This document shows positions 8,211-15,651 of a DNA stretch of 34,571 bases, one piece after another. The stretch is from contig JANMKN010000296.1 in assembly GCA_031372065.1 (NCBI GenBank), positions 1-34,571 of the forward strand. Direction: 5' to 3'. The translations under genes and the position numbers were made by a program. A model generated the notes under the pieces. The model was not told where the DNA came from and ran no database searches. It saw only the letters and a program-made list of their open reading frames with translations. The first letter of the stretch is position 1; every line of letters starts with the position of its first letter. This DNA comes from Abditibacteriaceae bacterium (GTDB lineage: Bacteria; Armatimonadota; Abditibacteriia; Abditibacteriales; Abditibacteriaceae).

Positions 8211-8492
8211 AAAAATCGAACGTCACACGTCTTGGTTAGCAACTGTTTCTGCAAATTTTGTCTTGGTTTCCCGCAGACAAAAAAGTGCTTGTGGATTTTC
8301 AGGGCGGCGCGTGTGACTCCTTCACCTTCTTCGTGGGCCGTGCCGCCACAAATCCACAGATAACGTAGTGCTTGACGTAAACAAAAAGCTCTTTCTGTTT
8401 AACGAAGGTTGCCACTGGTCTCAACCCCAAGTGGTGCCCTCAACCACTAAATTATCCCCGATTGCGCCGAATGTAAACCTGTGAATAATAAA

Positions 8493-9701
8493 TCACTGGC
8501 CGAAGTTCAGGACTGTCAATTCGAGCAGCAGTTCCGAAGTGCCGCCTTCCGCTTCGCCTGTGATGTCGGCGCTGATGCCTTTTATGGCGAGGTCGGCGGA
8601 CAAAGCGGATTCCAATGCGGCCTGAATTTGTTCGGTGGTGAAATTCCGCGCTTGCTCTGCAAGGCGCCGTCCGCGCCATGCTTGAAATTGGAGCACGCTT
8701 GCTAAATTATCTTTGCCGTCTTGCGGGAGTTGGGCTGCTAAATCGGGCGGCATGCGATGCAAAAGCGATGCATCCATTGTTAGGCGGGCGTCGAGAAAGG
8801 CGCGGGCTTGCAGTAGTTGTCTGAAATGAGTCACCAAAGTTGCCAGTATGCGTTCGGGTGCATCGCCGCCGGCAATTAGCTCGCGCATTAAGCCCACAGC
8901 GTGCGGTGTGTTGCGTGCGCCGAGGGCATCGGTCAAATCGAAAATCGTATCTTGCGGGGCGCGTTTGACCATTTCGTCAATGATTTGCCGCGTCACCATT
9001 TGGCCTTCACCGACGCGCAAAGAGCATTTTTCGAGTTCGTTCAACAAAAGCGCGATGTCCATTCCGGCGCGCGACACCAGATGATTTGCGGCATCCGGCG
9101 CCAGCGGAATATGGCGTTGCACAGCTTCCTCTTGCACGACACGGATGGCGAAGCCTATATTTTTCAGCGGCACGGTGCAATCTATGATCGCGCCGTGTTT
9201 TTCTTTGTCAACGCTTTTATCCACGGCGGCGTTGATGCAACGCGGCGTGGCAACGCGACTGCCCGGTTCGGGTGTTTCCGGCGTGCGCGCTAAAACTAAA
9301 ACGGTGGTTCCCGGCAGCTTTTCGATGCCTTCGGCGAAGCGTTTTGCTGGCGAAAGTGCGCCTTTTGTGGCGCTTTTGGCCGCTTTGCCTTTTTGTGGGG
9401 CTTCGCCTTCATCGCTGCTGCGATGCAAGCCTTCCAAACGCTCGGCGCGTTGCACTAAAACCACGCGCGCATCGGCCAAAAAGGGCAGGTTGCTGCACCG
9501 CGCGAAGACTTCGGTTAAAGTCGTGGTTTCGCCATCTAACGTGTCCAAATTAAAATCGCGGGCATCAGGCGGCAAAATCCATTCGAGCAGGGCATCTATG
9601 ACGCGTTTTTGCAAAAATCCATCGCCCAAAACGCCATAAACGCGCAGCGGCGCGTTGTTTGGCAGCATTTTGGATTTTTTAAAATCGGTGTAGGCGAGCA
9701 T
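8493..9701 (-). CDS. holA: DNA polymerase III delta subunit
   Basis: FNLDTLDG, NLPFLADARVVLV, LLLNELEK, TIFDLTDALG, ADLAIKG. Start placed at ATG 9701 because the longer ORF-track extension is translated repeat DNA. Confidence 0.9.
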   Translation of the reverse strand: MLAYTDFKKSKMLPNNAPLRVYGVLGDGFLQKRVIDALLEWILPPDARDFNLDTLDGETTTLTEVFARCSNLPFLADARVVLVQRAERLEGLHRSSDEGEAPQKGKAAKSATKGALSPAKRFAEGIEKLPGTTVLVLARTPETPEPGSRVATPRCINAAVDKSVDKEKHGAIIDCTVPLKNIGFAIRVVQEEAVQRHIPLAPDAANHLVSRAGMDIALLLNELEKCSLRVGEGQMVTRQIIDEMVKRAPQDTIFDLTDALGARNTPHAVGLMRELIAGGDAPERILATLVTHFRQLLQARAFLDARLTMDASLLHRMPPDLAAQLPQDGKDNLASVLQFQAWRGRRLAEQARNFTTEQIQAALESALSADLAIKGISADITGEAEGGTSELLLELTVLNFGQ

Positions 9702-9705
9702 AGAC

Positions 9706-9770
9706 AGTGGTCGGTGGTCAGTGGTCGGTAAGCAGAAGAACTGACTACTGCTCACCGACCACTGACCACT
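9706..9770. repeat. Heptamer (GTGGTCR) tandem repeats arranged as an inverted pair (STRR-like)
   Basis: GTGGTCAGTGGTCGGT (9714-9729) / ACCGACCACTGACCAC (9754-9769), a 16-bp perfect inverted repeat in the gene gap. Confidence 0.85.
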
Positions 9771-12096
9771 ATTTCAACTCTTGTTTCAATCGTTCCAGAC
9801 TGGCGCGAATGTCGGTTTCGGCAGTTTCGGGCGGCAGGATACCATAACGGGCGGCACTGCGCAGATAGGTCAGCGCCGCGAATTCCTGCCTTGCGGCGGC
9901 GGGCAAATCGGTGCGACTAAGCCAATCGTCCAATTCTTTAGGTGTTAGTGCGCGGCGCGGCAGCGGCGTCTTGATGTGGGTTTTGGCATAGCGTTGCACC
10001 AAACGGGTGGCTTGGGCATAAGCACGCTCAATGCGTTCGCGTTGTTGCTCGTTGGAGTCGCCGATTAGTGGAGCACGCCCCATGCGTTTTTCGATTTGGG
10101 GCCAGAATAAGCCAGCGCTCAAAAGCAGCAATCCGATAATCGGAAAAATGAGAATGGCGCCCGATTTATTCGAGAAAAAGTCCGTCATCGTCTTTTTAAA
10201 GCGGCTAAACCATGAATCATCGGCCATGTGCGTGCCTGCCGATGGGTCATATGCCACCCAGCCCAGTTGCGGCGAATAATACTCCACCCATGCATGAGCG
10301 TCGCGCTCGCGGATGAGAAGACTCGCGCCATCTTGCTGCTCAGTGGCATCGGGTTCCAAATACCCCGTGACGAGGCGGGCCGGCACATTCATAGAGCGCA
10401 AAAGCAGCGTCATTGAGGACGCAAACATATCGCAGGCGCCCGCTTTAGTGTTCTGCAAAAAATACAACACACCATCTTCACTGGAGGGTGTCACCGGCGA
10501 ATTGAGTTGGTAGAGACAAGTTTGATGCAAGAAAGCGCTAACAGCCATGACCCGGCTGACTGGCGTGTTTACTTTTTTGCCGCCGGCTTGAGCGTCATCC
10601 AAAATTTTCTGCGCGATGGCGAGCAATTCTTGATTGGTGGCTGCGTCGTCTGTGACTTTTAGATAGGGCGCGAGATGTGGATCGGCGTGCCATTGTTTCA
10701 ATTCGCCTTCGGTCAGACCACGAGCCTGTGGCGAGGCGTTCGTCATTTCCACGCTGCGACCAGTGATAGTATATTTTGACTCAGGATAGGTAATGAGGGG
10801 CATATTAGCCTTAATGGAGCCTGTATTGAGATTTAACTTAACCGCAGTCCATGATGCCCGAAATTTCACGGGCAGCCCGCCACTGTAAAGCGCTGCCGTT
10901 CCCACATCTACCGGCTCTATGGTCGCTGTCACAAAACGCGCCGCGCCAAATTGAGGCACAAGGGTTTGATTCAATCCGGTGAGCATTTCAGTAAGGTCTG
11001 GCTCCCGAATACCATCAGGGTTTCTCGAAAATGGCTTCCATTGGGTCGTTGCTCTTTGCGGCAGGGCAGTCAATCTCCGGCCACTAATATAGGCTTGTTC
11101 GAAGTTTGCCTCGCCATTGGCATCTAACTCGTCGTCGTCTTTCCATGAGGACGCGATGTAATTTCGATAAACCCGCCCGCGCCACAAACCGGGCGAATCG
11201 CCTTCGAGAATTCTTACTTTCAAAACCGGACGTTCTGTCAATGTATGATTGCCACCGCGCACTTCGAGTTGTTCGGGTGAACTTGACCAATCGAACGGCT
11301 TTTGGGTGGCTTGCGAGATACGATTTAGCGCCGAAGTCGGCATAATGCCCGGCAGAAGTGCATAGAGTGGCGTGTAAGCCAGCAGCGCGCCCGCTACGAA
11401 CAAGGCAAACCAAACGGCACTGGCGCCGATGAATTGTCGGGCTGTGAGGCGCATATGCGCCTCCGAACGCGATTCATCAGCGAAGGCATCGTTGTGTGTT
11501 TCGTTATACCGGCGCTTTTGCCAGTTGGTCAGCACGCGTTCGTAGCCAATTAGAAACATACCGGCGGCTGTGAATACCAAAAAGCCAACTTGCACAATGG
11601 TATCCACCAGCACTAAATTCAGCAGGCCAAAAAGTGACAGTGTTGCAACCAGCGGCATAGAAACTGGCACTGCTTTGCCTTCAACACGCAAGCCGATTAA
11701 TACAATGCAGCCCACCATAATGAGGCCAATATAACCGGCGACTACCGAGTTGGCGTCGTTGAGCCAAGTGCGCGTGAAAAACAATTCGCTGTTGCCTAAC
11801 ATCGCGATAACGAGCAGCACCGGCACCGTGATAAATCGCACCAGTTGAGCGCCGAAGCGCAGGCCTTCGTCGCCGTGATTGGCAATAAAGGTGGCGCTGA
11901 TTGCCAACAGAAACGCCAAGATATAAGCGATGGAAAACGCGGTTACATCCAGATGATAAGCCAGCACATAAGCCGCCATACCTGTGGCGGCAAATAAAGC
12001 CCCGTAAGCGGGCAACATAAGCACCGGCGAAATTTTCGGGTGTGCAAGGCGCCCATCTCGCGAGTTTGATGCGATATTTGAAGGCGAAGTAGCCAT
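9769..12096 (-). CDS. Membrane-anchored transglutaminase-like protein (TgpA/DUF3488 type)
   Basis: N-terminal TM bundle, LWRGRVY, catalytic triad motifs GACDMFAS / HAWVEYY / YDPS, PARLVTGY, C-terminal TM plus tail. Confidence 0.92.
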   Translation of the reverse strand: MATSPSNIASNSRDGRLAHPKISPVLMLPAYGALFAATGMAAYVLAYHLDVTAFSIAYILAFLLAISATFIANHGDEGLRFGAQLVRFITVPVLLVIAMLGNSELFFTRTWLNDANSVVAGYIGLIMVGCIVLIGLRVEGKAVPVSMPLVATLSLFGLLNLVLVDTIVQVGFLVFTAAGMFLIGYERVLTNWQKRRYNETHNDAFADESRSEAHMRLTARQFIGASAVWFALFVAGALLAYTPLYALLPGIMPTSALNRISQATQKPFDWSSSPEQLEVRGGNHTLTERPVLKVRILEGDSPGLWRGRVYRNYIASSWKDDDELDANGEANFEQAYISGRRLTALPQRATTQWKPFSRNPDGIREPDLTEMLTGLNQTLVPQFGAARFVTATIEPVDVGTAALYSGGLPVKFRASWTAVKLNLNTGSIKANMPLITYPESKYTITGRSVEMTNASPQARGLTEGELKQWHADPHLAPYLKVTDDAATNQELLAIAQKILDDAQAGGKKVNTPVSRVMAVSAFLHQTCLYQLNSPVTPSSEDGVLYFLQNTKAGACDMFASSMTLLLRSMNVPARLVTGYLEPDATEQQDGASLLIRERDAHAWVEYYSPQLGWVAYDPSAGTHMADDSWFSRFKKTMTDFFSNKSGAILIFPIIGLLLLSAGLFWPQIEKRMGRAPLIGDSNEQQRERIERAYAQATRLVQRYAKTHIKTPLPRRALTPKELDDWLSRTDLPAAARQEFAALTYLRSAARYGILPPETAETDIRASLERLKQELK

Positions 12097-12265
12097 AGTT
12101 TTAAAACTGTTTTAGGAGTCTTGGATTTACCTAATGTGTGACTTTTTACGGCAAGAAAGAGCCGGAAAAGGCTGTTTAAAAGGCACCAAGTTCCTAAAAT
12201 GCCCATTCGAGATGGCGCGAGTGCCCAAAAAATTGATTAATTTCCGCCTCGCGCGCTCTGTTTTA

Positions 12266-12347
12266 CTTCCCCGAAAGTGCCCGCAGGAGTCTGCGGGCAC
12301 TTTTTCCTTCCCCGAAAACGCCCGCAGACCTCTGTGGAACACTTTTC
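12266..12347. repeat. Tandem pair of ~41-bp palindromic units; the first is terminator-like
   Basis: cttccccgAAAGTGCCCGCAG-gagt-CTGCGGGCACTTTttc followed by the degenerate copy cttccccgaaaacgcccgcagacctctgtggaacacttttc. Confidence 0.7.
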
Positions 12348-12357
12348 ACACTAAAGA

Positions 12358-12468
12358 TTTGTCATTTCGAGCGGAAAGGCACCACTTGCGTTGGCTTGAA
12401 CACTGAAAAAGAGTCGCACATGAGCTTTGGGTTGCTACGAATCAGAATTGTCGCCTCAAAATGACAAA
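12358..12468. repeat. MITE/REP-like element with terminal inverted repeats
   Basis: TTTGTCATTTcGAG ... CTCaAAATGACAAA, a 13/14-bp terminal inverted repeat. Confidence 0.6.
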
Positions 12469-12473
12469 GCATT

Positions 12474-13835
12474 TCACGCCATTTGCTCCAAAATAGCAGT
12501 CAGGGCATCGCCACGCCGCACCACGCGCGTTAGCGAATCAAACTGAAAATATTCGCTTTGCGAGGTTTTGGCGCGTTCCGGTTCAAAACTATGGGCATCC
12601 ATCGTGATGCAGTAGCAAGGCGCTCCGGCGCGGCCTTGCAAAGGGCGCCGTGCCGCTGCGAGATCGGCTAAAGTAGACGATAAAAGCAATGTGGCGCGGC
12701 CTTGCGGAATTTGTCCGGCGGCTTCTTGTGCCATGCATGGCAAAGTGGCATTCGTGTTTTCGACAGGTAATAATTGCGCTAAAAATTGCAAAGTGGCATT
12801 AAGAGCCGACAAATTATGCCCGTCGTGGCGCAACAAGCGAGCCGTTTCGTTTTCCTTTTGCCAGCAGAAAATTTGCAAACTATAACCGCCTTCCAGCAAA
12901 TGCTGCGCAACCGAAGCGGCAATGGAAATGGAAGTTTCCAGCGTGTTATTGCCGCCGCGTCCGGCTAAAGTGGCGCGGCTTGTATCCAGCAAAATCGTCA
13001 GGTCGCGCGCCACGTTTTCTTCCCATTCGACGATTTGCAACTGCCCGGTGCGCGCCGTGCTTTTCCAATGCACGCGTCGAATCGGTTCGCCCGGTTGATA
13101 AGGCCGCACACCATGAAAATCAAGTGCATCGGCCACCACGCTGGCGTGTTGCGGCGCTTGCAAGCGCGCCGCGCTGCCGCCGACAAAACCTAAACGATCT
13201 AAATGCACAATATACGGAAAAACGGTGATTTGCTGCGCTTGTCCCGACGGCATCGGCTCATTGAATAAGGCCAAAGGGTCGGTGGAAGCCACGCGCGCCG
13301 GAGGCAACTGATAAACACCGCGCCGGTTCAAGCGCCATGCTTGCGAGCGTTCGACAGTTTCGTTGGAGCGCAGCAAGGTAATTTCATGCAAGCCTTCAGC
13401 TTCGGCGCTCACCGAGGGCGTTTTTTCGTCGGGTAGGGTATAAAACGGCTTTGTGACCTGTCCGGCGGTCACTTCGGTCAGAAAGGCCGGCCATGCCGCT
13501 TTGTTGTGAACGCGCACGCGCCCATAAATAATATCGCCGACCTGCCCGCTGGCTGGAAAATCGCGCGTGACCGCTAAACGGCGGCTTGACCAGCGCCCAA
13601 TGAGAATCGCCATCGGTGGCGCAACTCCGAGCAGTGCCGCCATAAAAACAATCGGTGGCGTGCGAAAAATGCCCGCCACCAGCAAGCTGAACATCATGCC
13701 CACCAAAATCGTGAGCCGCACTTTGTTCAATTCTTTGGGCGGCGCGGTGAACGATGGAGAATTAGGGCGGAAAGATGAATCAATTTCGTTTGAGCCGTTT
13801 TTTTGTGAGGTTGAACCGCTATTGAATTGGGCCAT
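12474..13835 (-). CDS. DUF58 domain-containing protein (MoxR partner)
   Basis: RRGVY, DPLALF, DFHGVRPYQPGEPIRRVHWKSTAR, ILLDTS; N-terminal TM pair; follows moxR. Confidence 0.93.
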   Translation of the reverse strand: MAQFNSGSTSQKNGSNEIDSSFRPNSPSFTAPPKELNKVRLTILVGMMFSLLVAGIFRTPPIVFMAALLGVAPPMAILIGRWSSRRLAVTRDFPASGQVGDIIYGRVRVHNKAAWPAFLTEVTAGQVTKPFYTLPDEKTPSVSAEAEGLHEITLLRSNETVERSQAWRLNRRGVYQLPPARVASTDPLALFNEPMPSGQAQQITVFPYIVHLDRLGFVGGSAARLQAPQHASVVADALDFHGVRPYQPGEPIRRVHWKSTARTGQLQIVEWEENVARDLTILLDTSRATLAGRGGNNTLETSISIAASVAQHLLEGGYSLQIFCWQKENETARLLRHDGHNLSALNATLQFLAQLLPVENTNATLPCMAQEAAGQIPQGRATLLLSSTLADLAAARRPLQGRAGAPCYCITMDAHSFEPERAKTSQSEYFQFDSLTRVVRRGDALTAILEQMA

Positions 13836-13871
13836 TGGTTTGTCATCTCTCCGCCAGCATCCAGTATCCCG

Positions 13872-14918
13872 TTACGGCACTGGAATTTCGTTCAAAATTT
13901 CGCGCACGAGATTTTGCGCGGCGCCTTGATTGCCAAGGCCCGCATCGCCGCGCAAGATCAAGCGGTGCGACAAAACAGAAATGGCTTGATTTTTCACATC
14001 GTCGGGCGTGACAAATTCGCGTCCGGCCAAAAGCGCCGCCGATTGCGCCGCGCGTTGCAGTAAAATGCTGCCGCGCGGGCTGGCGCCAAGCGCAATTTGC
14101 GGATGGCGACGCGTGGCGTGCGTCAAAGCGACAATATAATCGCGGGCAGCGGGCGAAATAAAGACTCGTGAACGCGCCGTTTGCAAGTCAAATGCTTCTT
14201 CTAAGGTCAACGCCGTTTCAACGCGTTCCAACAGCGACATTTGCGGGTTGTCTTCGGCGTGAATGGCGCTGTTATCGGTATGTTCCACGGCGCGGCGATG
14301 GGCATGAGCGTGCTGAAATTGCTCGGCTTCGGCGTGCCGTTTCAACATTTCGCCTTCTTCGGCTTCGGTGGGATAACCCATGCCCACGCGCAACAAAAAG
14401 CGGTCCATTTGCGCTTCCGGCAAAGGAAACGTGCCGCGATATTCGATGGGATTTTGCGTGGCTAAAACGAAAAAAGGCTGCGGCAAACTGCGCGTGGTGC
14501 CTTCAATGGTGACTTGCGATTCTTCCATCGCTTCCAGCAAGGCACTTTGCGTTTTTGGCGTGGCGCGGTTAATTTCATCGGCCAGCAAAATGTTGGCGAA
14601 AACCGGGCCGGGCACAAACGAAAATTCCGAACTTTTCTGATTGTAAATGGTTAGGCCTGTCACATCGCCGGGCAGCAAATCGGGCGTGAATTGAATACGT
14701 TTAAACGTGCCGCCAATCGCCCGCGCCAGTGCTTTTGCCAACGTGGTTTTGCCGACCCCTGGAATGTCTTCCAAAAGCGCATGACCGCGCGCCAAAAGCG
14801 CCACCAAAACGGTTTCGATGGAGTCGTGTTTGCCGACCAGAACTTTCTCGACCTGTGTAATCACCTTGCGCGCATTGGCGCGGGCTTGAACGGCTTCATC
14901 TGCGGTTAATTGGCTCAT
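13872..14918 (-). CDS. moxR: MoxR family AAA+ ATPase
   Basis: LEDIPGVGKT Walker A, RIQFTPDLLPGD, LADEINRA Walker B, ATQNPIEYRGTFPLPEAQMDRF, GASPRG. Confidence 0.96.
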   Translation of the reverse strand: MSQLTADEAVQARANARKVITQVEKVLVGKHDSIETVLVALLARGHALLEDIPGVGKTTLAKALARAIGGTFKRIQFTPDLLPGDVTGLTIYNQKSSEFSFVPGPVFANILLADEINRATPKTQSALLEAMEESQVTIEGTTRSLPQPFFVLATQNPIEYRGTFPLPEAQMDRFLLRVGMGYPTEAEEGEMLKRHAEAEQFQHAHAHRRAVEHTDNSAIHAEDNPQMSLLERVETALTLEEAFDLQTARSRVFISPAARDYIVALTHATRRHPQIALGASPRGSILLQRAAQSAALLAGREFVTPDDVKNQAISVLSHRLILRGDAGLGNQGAAQNLVREILNEIPVP

Positions 14919-14997
14919 AAGAAAGTGCTAAGTGAAAAGTGATGGTATGACTTTTCACATTTGATTCATCAATTATGTGTGCCTTGAATTGAATTTT

Positions 14998-15618
14998 TCA
15001 ACGAATGGCGAAAGTGTAATTGCCCATCGCCGCTGGTGCTGACTTAATTTCAAATGGTGACACTCTTTTGACATGACCATCGGCAAACGCGTAATTGGCG
15101 CCATTCAGATGCCGTCGCGCAGGAGAGTAATTCGGTGGCAGTGCATTGCGACTAAAACGTGCGTTAGTGTTTTCTGTGCCGTCATTGCCGTCGCCTGCTA
15201 CAATCGTAAAACTGGCGCGCCCCAATTGCTTTCGTGAAATCCCAGCCAAATTGCGATTAAACCAGTAGTCAGTCAGGCCCGGTTTATCGTGTGGTTCTTC
15301 CCAGCCCGATTGTTTCTTTTTATGTGGCGCATTAGGACAATAATTGACCTGCACACTGCGAATGTAAGGTTGAAGTGCATCGAACCAACCATATGGCGGC
15401 ACTCCGGTCGCGGTTGACACGTTGGTCACGGCCACAGCAGGATAATGTTCCTTGTAATCGTTCATGTATAGCTGAAAACCTATTGCCATTTGCTTAAGAT
15501 TGTCCTGGCATGACTGACTGCGCGCGACTTCTCGCCCGTGTTCAAAACGGCTTTTGAGCGGAAACCACAAAAGCACCATGACAGCCACGACACACGCGAA
15601 TTCTGCCTTGCGCTGCAT
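14998..15618 (-). CDS. DUF1559 / H-X9-DG-CTERM domain protein (prepilin-like family)
   Basis: REVARSQSCQDNLKQMAIGFQLYMNDYKE and RHLNGANYAFADGHVK signature motifs. Confidence 0.88.
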   Translation of the reverse strand: MQRKAEFACVVAVMVLLWFPLKSRFEHGREVARSQSCQDNLKQMAIGFQLYMNDYKEHYPAVAVTNVSTATGVPPYGWFDALQPYIRSVQVNYCPNAPHKKKQSGWEEPHDKPGLTDYWFNRNLAGISRKQLGRASFTIVAGDGNDGTENTNARFSRNALPPNYSPARRHLNGANYAFADGHVKRVSPFEIKSAPAAMGNYTFAIR

Positions 15619-15651
15619 GAAAATTCCTTACTTGACGGTGTCTCGTTTCAA

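Noticed and set aside
8215..8490. rpsT, SRP RNA or a known riboswitch in the gap after holA
   Set aside because: No S20-like ORF, and I could not find the SRP, c-di-GMP, c-di-AMP or other riboswitch core motifs by eye; kept only as an unknown structured region.
9702..9755. N-terminal extension of HolA (MSSSQFFCLPTTDHRPLS)
   Set aside because: It is the translation of intergenic heptamer repeats; ATG 9701 is the more plausible start.
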